DNA of 64,000 nt from Blastocatellia bacterium (GTDB taxonomy: Bacteria > Acidobacteriota > Blastocatellia > UBA7656). Positions 38,372 through 48,831 of this stretch are shown here, piece after piece (positions within the stretch are counted from its first letter, which is position 1; every line of letters begins with the position of its first letter). The stretch covers positions 45,142 through 109,141 of the forward strand of contig DASQDI010000089.1 in assembly GCA_035634255.1 (NCBI GenBank), written 5' to 3'. A program made the translations under genes and the position numbers. The notes under the pieces were generated by a model, which ran no database searches, was not told where the DNA came from, and saw nothing but the letters and a program-made list of their open reading frames with translations.

Positions 38372-39715
38372 CTACTCCCCGAGGTGGGCCCCGATCATCA
38401 ACCCTTCGATCTCTTCAATAGTCTTCGGTACGCGGGCCGAAAGCACCGTGTTCCCCTCCGGCGTTACCAGCACGTCGTCTTCGATGCGGACCCCTATTCC
38501 TCTGTAGCGCGGCTCGACATCCGAGAAGTCTTCCGCTATGTAAAGTCCGGGCTCGACGGTCAGCACCATCCCCGGTTCGAGCTTTCGGCCTTCGTCCGGC
38601 GAAACTTTATAAGAGCCGGCGTCGTGCACGTCCATGCCGAGCCAGTGGCTGGTGCCGTGCATATAAAATTTTCTGTACTCGCGCTCTTCGATGAGCTTAT
38701 CGACCTCGCCTTCCAGAAGCCCGAGCCGCACCATCCCCTCGGTGAGGACCCGAACGGCCCGGTCGTGAGCCGCGTAAAAATCGGCCCCGGGCCGGACCTC
38801 TCCTATGGCCGCAAGCTGCGCGTCGAGCACGACCTGATAGACCTGCGCCTGCTCGGGCGTAAAGCTGCCGCTCGCCGGAAAAGTTCGGGTGATGTCTCCG
38901 GTGTAGTAACCGAATTCCGCGCCCGCGTCGATCAGCAACAGGTCGCCGTCCTCGATCCGGCGGTTGTTCGTGGTGTAGTGGAGCACGGTGGCGTTGGGGC
39001 CCGAGGCGACGATAGGAGAATAGCCGGGCCGAGGGCTCCCGTTCCTGCGGAAGACGTACCGCAGGACGGCCTCGATCTCGTACTCGTAGACTCCGGGCCT
39101 GAGCGAGCGGATGGCGGCCATGTGGCCTTCGCTCGAAATATCCACCGCGCGGCGGAGCAGTTCCAGGTCGCTCTCGGTCTTGATCAGGCGCATGTCGTCG
39201 ATGACCTCCGAGAGGTCGATGATCGTCGACGGCCCCTTCCCGTTGCGTTGCCGCTCGCGCTGAAAGCGCGGCATGAGTTTTACCAATCGGACATCGAATT
39301 CGGGATCGACGCCCCAGCGGTGGTAAATCCTGTCGCCCTTGCCGAGCAGGCGCGGCAGTTCCTCGTCGAGCTTTTCGACGGAGTAAGCGGCGTCGGCTCG
39401 GTAATCGGTCACGGCCCCCTCCACGCCGGACCGCCAGCCGTTCCACACTTCGCGCTCGCGGTCTTTAGGCTGCACGAAGAGGACAAACGGGTGCTCGGGA
39501 TCGTCAGGAGTAAGCACGGCGACCGCGCCCGGCTCTTCAAAACCCGTGAGGTAATAAATATCCGAGCTCTGGCGGTATTCGTGCTCAACGTCGTTGTTGC
39601 GCGTGGCAACGGGCGCGCCCACCAGGACGGCTACGCCCCCTCGTACGCGACTCATAAACTCTTCGCGTCTCTGCTTTGCCAGTTCGGTCGCCGAATTTTC
39701 CGTTGTGCTCGTCAT
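38372..39715 (-). CDS. pepP: Xaa-Pro aminopeptidase (M24B)
   Basis: Start MTSTTEN (GGAGGA RBS) inside ORF 38372..39751; HGTSHWLGMDVHD metal site. Confidence 0.9.
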   Translation of the reverse strand: MTSTTENSATELAKQRREEFMSRVRGGVAVLVGAPVATRNNDVEHEYRQSSDIYYLTGFEEPGAVAVLTPDDPEHPFVLFVQPKDREREVWNGWRSGVEGAVTDYRADAAYSVEKLDEELPRLLGKGDRIYHRWGVDPEFDVRLVKLMPRFQRERQRNGKGPSTIIDLSEVIDDMRLIKTESDLELLRRAVDISSEGHMAAIRSLRPGVYEYEIEAVLRYVFRRNGSPRPGYSPIVASGPNATVLHYTTNNRRIEDGDLLLIDAGAEFGYYTGDITRTFPASGSFTPEQAQVYQVVLDAQLAAIGEVRPGADFYAAHDRAVRVLTEGMVRLGLLEGEVDKLIEEREYRKFYMHGTSHWLGMDVHDAGSYKVSPDEGRKLEPGMVLTVEPGLYIAEDFSDVEPRYRGIGVRIEDDVLVTPEGNTVLSARVPKTIEEIEGLMIGAHLGE

Positions 39716-40000
39716 CCGTCCTCCGGGTCGCCCCCGCAGATGGCTGGTCACCTGATCGTCTGCAAGTATTCTTCCATCCCTACAGAGCTCGTAAACAAAT
39801 GAGCCGTTTTATTATAGCGTTTTCCGGGCGTCCTCAACAGTGGCCAATCAGTACCACTTGTGGTTGGGAGATGGCGTCAGTAGATGGCGGGGAACCGGGC
39901 GAGGGTCAGCTCTATGGTGGGCTACCCGGCTTAAGCGTGGCGAGCGATCTGCGCGGCGAACACGATAGAATCGAGGGAAAGATTCGTACAAGCCATGAAA

Positions 40001-40447
40001 TTATCCTGATGATTTAATCATCTCCTTTGCTTTAATCACCATGTTTTTCTCGCTCTTGAATGTGAGCATACTCAGGCCCGTATCTATATCCACCCAACGC
40101 GCCTCATTCACCTCCCTATCGTGATCTTTTGTGTCTCCCGATCTGTATTTGAGCAGATAGAAGTAGACGGACTTATGAAACCGTATCCGCTTAACGCCCC
40201 TCTTTGCGTAGTACCAGTACTCAACCTTGTCTATGAGATCAATCATCTCGGTCTCTATGCCCGCTTCTTCGCGGACTTCACGTAGAGCGGCCTCCGCGCT
40301 CGTCTCATTCTTATCAATCAATCCTTTCGGTAATTGCCACCGGTTATGCTCGCCTACCGAGATGATAGCAATCTCTATCGCCTCGCCTTTCCTGCGATAG
40401 GCTACTCCTCCCGCGGAGGTTTGATCTTCGGTTATGACTTTACTCAT
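40001..40447 (-). CDS. NUDIX hydrolase
   Basis: Start MSKVITEDQ in ORF 40001..40537; Nudix box LPKGLIDKNETSAEAALREVREEAGIE. Confidence 0.8.
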   Translation of the reverse strand: MSKVITEDQTSAGGVAYRRKGEAIEIAIISVGEHNRWQLPKGLIDKNETSAEAALREVREEAGIETEMIDLIDKVEYWYYAKRGVKRIRFHKSVYFYLLKYRSGDTKDHDREVNEARWVDIDTGLSMLTFKSEKNMVIKAKEMIKSSG

Positions 40448-40543
40448 AGAGGGTATTATAGTGCCTGCTTTAGCAGGGGGAAGAATAGCACCCGCCGGCC
40501 ATCTTCCCCTCAAGCCATATACCCACCCACGGCACATCCCGAC

Positions 40544-40930
40544 TCAGGATGGGACTACCCGCACCGGAAAAGCCTGCGTGAGAGAGCAGCCGGCGTTGTC
40601 CGTCAACCTGACAAAGACCGTCGTATCGGCCTCTTCTCTTGGTTTCCCCGTTATCTTCCCATTTTGATTTAAGTGCAGGCCCTCGGGCAGGGTGCCCTGT
40701 ACGACCTCAAAACGGTAGGGCGGCGTGCCGCAGCAGACCTCTAATGTTAAATTCGCGGGCACGCCGATAGGAAAGTCCGGCAGGCTTTCGGTGATAAACG
40801 TCATGGTGCATTGAGAGACGCTCTCAGCCCCTCTCGTGGCAGTTAGCGCGCTACCGTAGTAGCTGGTTTGGCCGAGAGAGACGTAGGTAGCGGCGAGCGC
40901 TACTGCGGCGATGATAGGAATCTTTTTCAT
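40544..40930 (-). CDS. secreted hypothetical protein
   Basis: 128 aa; signal peptide MKKIPIIAAVALAATYVSLG. Confidence 0.55.
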   Translation of the reverse strand: MKKIPIIAAVALAATYVSLGQTSYYGSALTATRGAESVSQCTMTFITESLPDFPIGVPANLTLEVCCGTPPYRFEVVQGTLPEGLHLNQNGKITGKPREEADTTVFVRLTDNAGCSLTQAFPVRVVPS

Positions 40931-41264
40931 AGGCAGCTCCTTTCGATAAGCCAGTAAGAATTAACACGAAGCCCGTAAAGTGATTCGGTTATATTCCAAT
41001 TGCAACAGTCAGTCAATCACTAAGGACGCTGCCAGGTGTCGTTCCATGCTGCTCCATGCGGTTCGATTGGCCACAGTCCATCGCGAAATGTAGTTCCGTG
41101 TAGTCATCGTCGCCCGGTTCACCGACCGAGTTATGAAGGGAGGTTGATTGTCCACAGGCTTGGTGCGAGAATGGTCAACTACATCGGGCGCGCGAGACTT
41201 TCTCAAGTCAGGGGGCCTCGGCGACCGTCACGATCAATTAGCCAGCTAAGGCAAAGCGGATAAA

Positions 41265-43022
41265 GTGAGCAAGACGACCTACACACTCATCACAACCGGG
41301 GCCGGTCTCGACGAAGCGATTGAGCGGATCTCTCGCCACGACCGGATAGGCGTGGACACGGAGACGACGGGGCTCGACCCCCGCCGCAGCCGCGTGCGCC
41401 TGCTTCAGATCGCGACGCCCGAAGAGAGTTTCGTGATAGACCTCTTTCAAGTCAGGGCGCTCGACAACCCGCGCCTGCGACAGGTCTTCACGTCCGACAA
41501 GCCGGAGAAGGTATTTCACAACGCGAAATTCGACCTGAAGATGCTGCTGCACCACTTCGGGCTTGAGGTGCGCGGGGTCTTCGACTCCATGCTGGCGAGC
41601 CAGTTGATCGGCGCGGGGAGCAGGGTGGAAGGCGGGCACGGGCTCGCCTCGGTCGCGGAGCGGCACCTCGGCAATGCGGTCGATAAGTCCATGCAGATGA
41701 GCAACTGGGGAGGCCCCCTCACGGACTCGCAGTACGAGTACGCCGCGAACGACGCCGCGCTTATGCTCCCGCTCAAGGAGAAGCTCTCGTCGAAGCTCGA
41801 AGAGCTGCGCCTGACGGACGCGGCGAAAGTCGAGTTCGATTGCGTGCTGCCGATAGCGGCGATGGAGCTCGCGGGGGTGGCAATCGACGCGGAATGCTGG
41901 CGCAGGCTGGTCGTCGATGTCGAGCGCGCGCACGACATTTTGTCGAAAGAGCTGAAGCAGGAATTGTCGGCGGGTATCCCCCAGCTCACGCTCTTCGACG
42001 AGCCTCCGAACATCAACCTCGACAGCCCGACGCAGATAACCGAGGCGCTCGCCCGGATGGGAATCAAGGTGGAAGGGACGCGAAGCTGGCAGCTACAGCC
42101 CCTCGCGAAGGAGCACACGGCGGTCGCCAAGCTGCTCGAATACCGGAGCGCGCAGAAGGCCCTCTCCAGCTACGGCAACTCACTGCTCGACCACATCCAC
42201 CCGGTGACGGGCCGCATACACGCGGACTTCCGGCAGATCGGGGCGACCGGCGGCCGGATGAGCTGCTCGGACCCGAATCTTCAACAGGTGCCGAACACCC
42301 CCGAATACCGCGTCTGCTTCCATGCGCCGGAGGGGCGCAAGCTCGTCATCGCCGACTATTCGCAGATCGAGATTCGCATACTGGCCGACTGGTCGCAGGA
42401 CACCGCGCTAGTCAAAGCCCTGCTCTCGGGAGAAGACCTTCACTGCGTCACGGCGAGCCAGATGTTCGGCATCCCGCTCGATCAGGTATCCAAAGACCAG
42501 AGGTCGGCGGCCAAGCAGCTCAACTACGGCATCATGTATGGCCTGGGCGCGCCGGGCCTGTCGGCGAGGATAGATTGCTCGGTGGAGGAGGCCGAAAGCC
42601 TCATTCGCAAATACTTCGCGGCTTATAGCGGCGTCGCCTCGTGGCTGCGCGAGGCCGGGGACCGCGCCGTGCGCGAGAAAGAGAGCCGCACGCGCTCGGG
42701 CCGCCTGATCTACTTCACCTTCGACGGGAATGACCGCTCGCAGGTGGCCGCGACCCAGAGGCTCGGCAAGAACGCGCCCATTCAAGGGAGCTCGGCCGAC
42801 ATAATCAAGCGGGCGCTGACCCTGCTCTACGACGCCCTGAAGCCGCTCGACGCGATGATCGTCAACTGCATACACGACGAGATCGTGGTCGAAAGCTCGG
42901 AGGCCGACGCCCAGTCCTGCGCCGAGATACTCGAACACAAGATGGTGGACGCGGCCCGCGAGTTTATAAGCAGCGTGCCGGTCACGGTCGACACGGTGAT
43001 CAATCAGGCATGGATCAAGTGA
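41265..43022 (+). CDS. family-A DNA polymerase with 3'-5' exonuclease domain but no 5' nuclease domain (short PolA-like)
   Basis: 585 aa; Exo I DTETTGLD; pol motif A DYSQIEIRILA, motif B RSAAKQLNYGIMYG, motif C HDEIVVE. Confidence 0.85.
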   Translation: MSKTTYTLITTGAGLDEAIERISRHDRIGVDTETTGLDPRRSRVRLLQIATPEESFVIDLFQVRALDNPRLRQVFTSDKPEKVFHNAKFDLKMLLHHFGLEVRGVFDSMLASQLIGAGSRVEGGHGLASVAERHLGNAVDKSMQMSNWGGPLTDSQYEYAANDAALMLPLKEKLSSKLEELRLTDAAKVEFDCVLPIAAMELAGVAIDAECWRRLVVDVERAHDILSKELKQELSAGIPQLTLFDEPPNINLDSPTQITEALARMGIKVEGTRSWQLQPLAKEHTAVAKLLEYRSAQKALSSYGNSLLDHIHPVTGRIHADFRQIGATGGRMSCSDPNLQQVPNTPEYRVCFHAPEGRKLVIADYSQIEIRILADWSQDTALVKALLSGEDLHCVTASQMFGIPLDQVSKDQRSAAKQLNYGIMYGLGAPGLSARIDCSVEEAESLIRKYFAAYSGVASWLREAGDRAVREKESRTRSGRLIYFTFDGNDRSQVAATQRLGKNAPIQGSSADIIKRALTLLYDALKPLDAMIVNCIHDEIVVESSEADAQSCAEILEHKMVDAAREFISSVPVTVDTVINQAWIK

Positions 43023-43080
43023 GGGGGAAGGCTTTCGTGGGTCGAACCCGAGCGTACCGCAGAGCCGCCGATCTTATACT

Positions 43081-44100
43081 TTACTGAGGCAGCTTACTAA
43101 GGCGTTCCATCGCTTCCTGCTTCCACCTTTCATCGGACGTTACGTCGATGAACTGCTGCAAGTCCCTGCGCGCGGCGTTGTAGAACCAGGCGCGCACGTT
43201 TGCCAGCCCCCGGTTGAACAGAGCCTCTTGAAAATCGGGCTTCTTTTCGAGCGCCTCGCTGAAAGCCGTGATAGCTTCCGGGAACTGTTCGAGCTGGTAC
43301 AGGGCGACCCCCGTGTCGTTCAGGAGTTCCGGCGTGGCCCCCGCGCGGGCCGAAATCTCCCGCAATATCGAGAGGGCCCTTTGCGCGTCTCCGGGCTTGT
43401 CACGCGAAAGGTAAATCCTCGCCAGAGCCAGCCGCGCCTCGGCCGGCGCGGATTCATCTTCAGCAAATTCCAACTTGTTTAACGCGATATCGAACTGCAA
43501 TTCGTCGTTTGTGCGATCCCCGCGAGTCACCGGGTTGGGCGCGTAATCGAACCCGCCCGAGATGCGCAGATTGATGCGCCTGTCGTTTTTGATGGCCGAC
43601 GCAAGGGCCTGCATTCCCTCGTCCTGGGCGTTTCGCGTGTCCGTCACCATGTAGCCGATGGCTACCGCGGCGATGATGACCAGGGTGGCCGCGAAGCCGA
43701 GTTGGGCGTAAGAGACGAAAAACCCCGACCGCGCCGGCTTGGCAGGCTCCGGCTCGGGCCGCGAGGTGAACTGTTTCGCCTCGTCGTCCGCGATGAGCGC
43801 GAGGACTTTGTCCGTCTGCCGCCTGATAAGGTCGTCGGACATCGACCGGGTGACCGCCTCACCGTTTTCGACCTCTTCGCCCGAGATGCGCGCGAATAAT
43901 ACGAGAGTCTCGCGGCAATCGCCGCAGTCAGCCATGTGCGCCTCCAGCCTCGCGCGCCGCTTCGGGGAGACCCTCTTTTCGGCGTACGACAGCAGCTCGG
44001 CTTCGTCGGGACATTGCGATATTTTATTTGCGCCCGGCGCGGAATAATTGCCGAATTTTAATTTATCAGCCAGTAGGCTGGCGACTTCTTGTAATTTCAT
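43081..44100 (-). CDS. zf-HC2 anti-sigma-factor-like membrane protein with TPR repeats
   Basis: 339 aa; HMADCGDC zinc-finger; one TM (FAATLVIIAAVAIGYMV); C-terminal TPR-like repeats. Confidence 0.7.
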   Translation of the reverse strand: MKLQEVASLLADKLKFGNYSAPGANKISQCPDEAELLSYAEKRVSPKRRARLEAHMADCGDCRETLVLFARISGEEVENGEAVTRSMSDDLIRRQTDKVLALIADDEAKQFTSRPEPEPAKPARSGFFVSYAQLGFAATLVIIAAVAIGYMVTDTRNAQDEGMQALASAIKNDRRINLRISGGFDYAPNPVTRGDRTNDELQFDIALNKLEFAEDESAPAEARLALARIYLSRDKPGDAQRALSILREISARAGATPELLNDTGVALYQLEQFPEAITAFSEALEKKPDFQEALFNRGLANVRAWFYNAARRDLQQFIDVTSDERWKQEAMERLSKLPQ

Positions 44101-44320
44101 GGATTCGTTTAACTTCCTTTAGAAAATTGACGCGCCACGCCAGCTGGGAATCGGCTTCAACTGCACATTTCCGCAGCTTGTACTGCCTTTCCTGTTGGGA
44201 GCGGCTGTCTATATAACTGAAGGAGTCGCGTGGCTTGTAATCCCCTTCACTTTTATAGACGGAAAGATTTTCTCTTATAATGCATAGGGTTGCGAATTTA
44301 ACGAAAGACGGTTCCCGCTA

Positions 44321-44605
44321 TCAACTCTTATGAACGCCGGAATCCACGCAAGCTTTTGAGCAAAAGCCTTTATCCCCTATCAATAGCGCGCTTTTCTCGG
44401 TAACAAAAACTCCACAGTTATCACACCTGACAGTCTGGGAAGATGAGACGCGGGGCTCGGAGGGGGCGGGGCGGGGCCTCCCGGCATCAGGGCGCGATGG
44501 GGCGGAAGAGGTAAAGCCTCCGATCATCCGCCGGGCGAAGCGCACGACCATGTAGGCGATTATGAAATATAGGATGAGCTTTATGAGCGTCATCGCTGTC
44601 GTCAC
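44321..44605 (-). CDS. small membrane protein with C-terminal zinc ribbon
   Basis: 94 aa; TM LIKLILYFIIAYMVV; CDNCGV...CSKAC. Confidence 0.5.
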   Translation of the reverse strand: MTTAMTLIKLILYFIIAYMVVRFARRMIGGFTSSAPSRPDAGRPRPAPSEPRVSSSQTVRCDNCGVFVTEKSALLIGDKGFCSKACVDSGVHKS

Positions 44606-45310
44606 CTACTCTTTCGGGATGCTGACGGGCTTGCCTGCCTTCAGGTCAGCGATCAAGCTCTGATAAGTGGCGAGTTTGGGGCTGGACGGCTCGGCCTCTC
44701 TTAAACGGCCCAGGGCTTCCTCCGCCGCGCGGGCGTCTTTCCTCAGGATTTGCGCGTCGATCAGGTGCCCGAGGGCGTGAGAGTTTTTCGGGCTGAGCCT
44801 GAGCGCGCTCTGAAGTTCCTGAAGGGCCTTGGCAGGCTCCGGGCTCTGCTTATAGATCATGCTCGCGCCGATCTGGACGTACAGTTCTGGCTCGTTAGGC
44901 CGGAGCGCCGCCGCCCTGCGGTACCAGGCTTCAGCGTCCTCGTACTTTTTCTGCTCGAAATAATATTGCGCGATTAAGGGAGGGATATGGTACCTGTCGG
45001 ATTCCGCGGGGTTGATCTCGTAAGCTTTCGCCATGTAACTGATAGTCTCCGGGACCATCCCTATCTGGTCATACAATCTGGCGGCTTCTATCTGCGCCAT
45101 GAAGTCACTGGGATTGTTCCTGGCTTTCGCTATGGTCTCCTGCACGGCGGCCATCGAGGGCGGGCCGCCCTGAGCCCCCGGCATGCCCGAAGCCTGCGAC
45201 GCCGGGACCGTGACGGCCTGGGTCCTGTTGTAGTACTGAGTCCAGAAGAAACTGACGACGAAGCCGAGCGCCAGACCTGCCAGCCCGAACAGGTACTTGT
45301 TTTTGCTCAC
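44606..45310 (-). CDS. TPR-repeat membrane-anchored protein
   Basis: GTG start (VSKNKYLFGLAGLALGFVV; GGAGAG RBS) inside ORF 44606..45478; the longer ORF would overlap the RNase P RNA, so it was shortened. Confidence 0.65.
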   Translation of the reverse strand: MSKNKYLFGLAGLALGFVVSFFWTQYYNRTQAVTVPASQASGMPGAQGGPPSMAAVQETIAKARNNPSDFMAQIEAARLYDQIGMVPETISYMAKAYEINPAESDRYHIPPLIAQYYFEQKKYEDAEAWYRRAAALRPNEPELYVQIGASMIYKQSPEPAKALQELQSALRLSPKNSHALGHLIDAQILRKDARAAEEALGRLREAEPSSPKLATYQSLIADLKAGKPVSIPKE

Positions 45311-45368
45311 AATAGCTCTCCAAAGCACGCGAGAAGATGCGCAGGTTTTATCGTAAAAGGCCCCTAAG

Positions 45369-45936
45369 GCCGGTTTCCGGAGCGGGTCTGTAAGCCGAAT
45401 TCTGTGCTCGCTCCCGGCCGCGCGGCCCGCGGCATTGCCGCGAATCGCGAGCCGGTCGCAAAAGCGATGATCATTCATCTAGGCGGCGGATTGCTCCGCT
45501 CGCTCAAGCGACCTACCCGGAGGTCGTTTCAGCCTTGCGCGCTATAGACCGAGTAGAAAAGCGAAACGAACATAGCGCTCTTTTGCTCGATCTGCGCGCG
45601 CAAGGCTGAATCGGACGGGCCGTCCTGATGACGCCTCCCTATTTGGTCTTGCACCGCGGAGAGTTTGCCTAGCCACGGAGTGTCACCACCCGTGCTGGTG
45701 GGCTCTTACATTAAGCCCTTTCGGGCCCCACCGTTTCACCCATCACCTGTGCCCGAAGGCCATCGGCTGGTCTCTTCTCTGTTGCACTTGTCGTCGGGTC
45801 GCCCCGCCTGGCCGTTAGCCAGCCCGCTGCCCTGCGGTGTTCGGACTTTCCTCTCGCCCTCTATCAATCTCGAACCCGAATCATCAGATTTGAAATATCC
45901 TGAAAGCCAGCGACCATCCGACCCACTCCAAAAACC
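45369..45936 (-). ncRNA. rnpB: RNase P RNA (bacterial type A) with expansion segments
   Basis: Minus-strand sequence contains GAGGAAAGTCCGAACACCGCAGGGC, AGTGCAACAGAGAAGAGACCAGCCGATGGCC, GGGTGAAACGGTGGGG...TAAGAGCCCACC, CAAATAGGGAGG, CCTAGATGAATGA and ACAGAATTCGGCTTACAGACC, which align block-for-block with E. coli M1 RNA; TGGTATACT extended -10 just upstream (45943-45951). The ends are approximate. Confidence 0.85.
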
Positions 45937-46077
45937 ACAGAAAGTATACCACGAGCGGGATTGTTCAGGCTAATGAGGCTGAAGCCGGTAGGATTTCGCG
46001 GAGGGACCCTCAAATGATTCCGGGGGCGCGGGCCCGGACCCGCGCCCCCTGCTCTCCTCTTTGGCTTAATCGCCGGC

Positions 46078-48804
46078 TTAATCACCGCCCGGCGTATCGT
46101 CTACCTGCGGGGCCACGCTGTTGGACAGGACATCGCCCGGATTCGTGACGCGCAACTGGAAGCGCGTCGGCCCTCCCAGGGCGACGATCTTGTTCGCGGG
46201 CAGCGTGATGATCAGCTTTTCGGGGGTCATCCTGACGGGGACCTGCTGTCGGACCACCAGGCCGTCCTTGATGAATTCGACTACCGCGCCATCCCTAAAG
46301 TTTTTGCCCTCCATAACGATGCGCCTGCGGTCCTCGTCCCCCGGCGCGGGCTTGATGAGCGCCCCGGTCACTTCCGGGCCTTCGACCTTCAGGAGGTGAT
46401 CCTCCGAGGGAATGCCCTCGCTGTTATTCGGGTTGATGACCTGAAACTTAAGGTCTCCGGGCTGCGCCAGCAGCGAGTTCAATTTGCCCCCGAGCTTCAC
46501 GACTATGCGCGTGTTGGAGATGAAGCGGATGCGCCTCGGGCTGACCTGAAACTCATCGCCGCCGGGGCCTTTGATCTTAACGCGCGCGCCCGGCCTGAAG
46601 TTGGCCCCGTGGATGCCGACCTTCATTTCCTTCTGACCCGCCAGCACCGCCCCCGGACCGACGCTCTCGATGGAAGGGCCGACGGCGCTCAGTTCTTTTA
46701 GATTGGACTCGATATCTCCGGGGTTCAGGACGCTCACTTTCAGGGTGCCGACGACCTGCGACAGCCGGCCCGGCACTCTCAGCTTTATCAGGCTTCCGCC
46801 GAAAAACAGGACATTGCCGGGCGCGACCATCTGATCATTTATCTTCACGCGCGCGCCCGGCCTGAAGTTCTCGCCGAGGATCTTCAGAGTGAAGCTCCCC
46901 GCCCCGGCGACCACATCCTTCTGGTTCGTCCTGAGTTCATCTATGGTCGGCCCGAAGACCGTCAGGTCCATCTCGTTCGACTCAAGCGAGGGCACGGCCA
47001 TGTCCCTGACCCGGACCTTGAGCACCCTCACGGAGTCCGCGAGACTCTTCGGCACCACGGCTTGCAGCTCGACCCCCGCGTACTTCGTATTCAGTTGCTG
47101 GCCGGCGACGTGGATGGCCGAGCTGGGCCGGAAGTTCTTCCCGAGCACTCTGAGCGTGAAGGCGCTGCTGGGGCCGGGGATGCGGCCCGGCTTCAGCTTA
47201 TCTATCACCGGCTTAAGCGGGTCCACCCGCAGGGGTAACGAATTCGAAAGAGCGCCGCCCGGCGTTTTCACCTGCACGGAGAGGTCGCGCGGCTGGGTCA
47301 GCAGAGCTTTGCGAATCGTGCCTTCCAGGACCGCCCCCCCGCGCATGAGCTTCGCCCTGATCTCCTCACCTTCCACGACGAGCGCGGACCCTTGCACGAA
47401 GTTCGTGCCTTCGACTATCAGCCTGAGATTCTGAGGGCGAGACTGTTGGACCACGGAGGGCGAAAGGGCCATGATCGCCGGGGCCCCGGAGCCGGGCTCG
47501 TCGGCCCCATCCGAAGCGGCCTGATCGAAAGATACGATGACGACTTCGTCCCCGCTCGGGGCGGACCTGATCGCCATCACGGTGCGCGATTTTTCGTTCA
47601 CCGCGATGCGCCTCAACTCGCTCCCGATCACCTGATGCGACTCGAGCTCTCCCGTCACGGTGTCGAATGCGAACAGGACACCCGTGGCCGACGCGACGAA
47701 GGCCACGGAAGCGTCGCCGCCGAACACGACGTTGTTAGAGCGAGAGAACTCTATGCCATCAGGAGGGGTGAATTGAGACCTGACCGCAAGCTGACCGCCC
47801 AGATTGACGAGGACCGTGACGCCGCCCGCATTCTCGCCCTTCTTTTCGCCCGCGCGCGTTACCCCGATCAGTTCCTCGGCGCCGGCCGAGGCCACCGTAA
47901 TTTTACGAGGCGAAGAGACCGGGGCGCTTCCCAGTAAAGCTCCGCTTGTCGAATCGACGGCCATGAGCTTATCACCCGCCGAGGCCGCGATGTACACGGT
48001 CCTTCCGTCCGAACTGAAGGCCGGATTGTTCGAATCCTCGAAGCGCGCGTCGCCGGGGCTGAAGCTCTCTGTCAGGGTCAGGTGCCCCTGCCCATCGACA
48101 TTGATGAGAGATAGCGTGTTCGATACGGAACTGGCGACGGCCAGACGGCGCACGCCGCCTTTATCGTAAAGCGTCGCCTCCGACGGCCTCGCGAGCAACG
48201 GCAGGCGCGAGACGAGCGCCCCCGACTCCACGTCGAACGACAGGAGCGAAGGCTCGTTGAAACTCGCGGCGATAAAACAGAGCTTGCCGTCTTCCGAGAG
48301 CAGGGCGTGCGTGGAAGGGGTCAGCAGAGCGTCCTGAGGCAGGACCAGCAGCGAGCGCAGCTCAAGGTCGCGCGGCCTGCCGGCGTCGATAATGCTAACG
48401 GTCGCGGGGTTGCCGTTCGCCGGGTCGTTGAGAGCGGGGACCGCGATGAGGCGCTGCCCGCCCGACTCCAACATCGTGATCGGCCCGATTGTCTCGCCCA
48501 CGACCATCGAGGAGAGCAGCTTGCCCGATGTCGCGCTGAAGGAGATCAGCGAGCCGCCCGTGATTGAAGATACGAATCCCGTCTTGCCGCTCGCCGTGAT
48601 CACAGGCTGCGCGCTCTCGTCAAGTATCGCGTGCGACGGCAGGGAGATGCTCCGCGATTCGCCGAGCTGCGCGCGGTTGCCGCTCCCGTGAGCCACCGCA
48701 AGGCTCAAGGCCACAAGACACGATATTATCGTCGCCTGTCTTTTATTAAGGCTCACTGTATTGACTCCTACTTGCGAAACATGGCGCCGGGGAGGCCGGG
48801 GCAT
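46078..48804 (-). CDS. large secreted protein: N-terminal beta-propeller followed by multiple IPT/TIG-like Ig-fold repeats
   Basis: 908 aa; signal-like N-terminus; repeated L.G.NFRPG..V.I...G modules (at least 5). Confidence 0.8.
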   Translation of the reverse strand: MPRPPRRHVSQVGVNTVSLNKRQATIISCLVALSLAVAHGSGNRAQLGESRSISLPSHAILDESAQPVITASGKTGFVSSITGGSLISFSATSGKLLSSMVVGETIGPITMLESGGQRLIAVPALNDPANGNPATVSIIDAGRPRDLELRSLLVLPQDALLTPSTHALLSEDGKLCFIAASFNEPSLLSFDVESGALVSRLPLLARPSEATLYDKGGVRRLAVASSVSNTLSLINVDGQGHLTLTESFSPGDARFEDSNNPAFSSDGRTVYIAASAGDKLMAVDSTSGALLGSAPVSSPRKITVASAGAEELIGVTRAGEKKGENAGGVTVLVNLGGQLAVRSQFTPPDGIEFSRSNNVVFGGDASVAFVASATGVLFAFDTVTGELESHQVIGSELRRIAVNEKSRTVMAIRSAPSGDEVVIVSFDQAASDGADEPGSGAPAIMALSPSVVQQSRPQNLRLIVEGTNFVQGSALVVEGEEIRAKLMRGGAVLEGTIRKALLTQPRDLSVQVKTPGGALSNSLPLRVDPLKPVIDKLKPGRIPGPSSAFTLRVLGKNFRPSSAIHVAGQQLNTKYAGVELQAVVPKSLADSVRVLKVRVRDMAVPSLESNEMDLTVFGPTIDELRTNQKDVVAGAGSFTLKILGENFRPGARVKINDQMVAPGNVLFFGGSLIKLRVPGRLSQVVGTLKVSVLNPGDIESNLKELSAVGPSIESVGPGAVLAGQKEMKVGIHGANFRPGARVKIKGPGGDEFQVSPRRIRFISNTRIVVKLGGKLNSLLAQPGDLKFQVINPNNSEGIPSEDHLLKVEGPEVTGALIKPAPGDEDRRRIVMEGKNFRDGAVVEFIKDGLVVRQQVPVRMTPEKLIITLPANKIVALGGPTRFQLRVTNPGDVLSNSVAPQVDDTPGGD

Positions 48805-48831
48805 CGGCGGCAGCTATCTTATTATCTTTAA

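Noticed and set aside
45665-45973. 102-aa plus-strand ORF and minus-strand ORFs 45105..45323 / N-terminal part of 44606..45478
   Set aside because: The region is the RNase P RNA (rnpB) on the minus strand; conserved M1-RNA blocks explain the sequence conservation.
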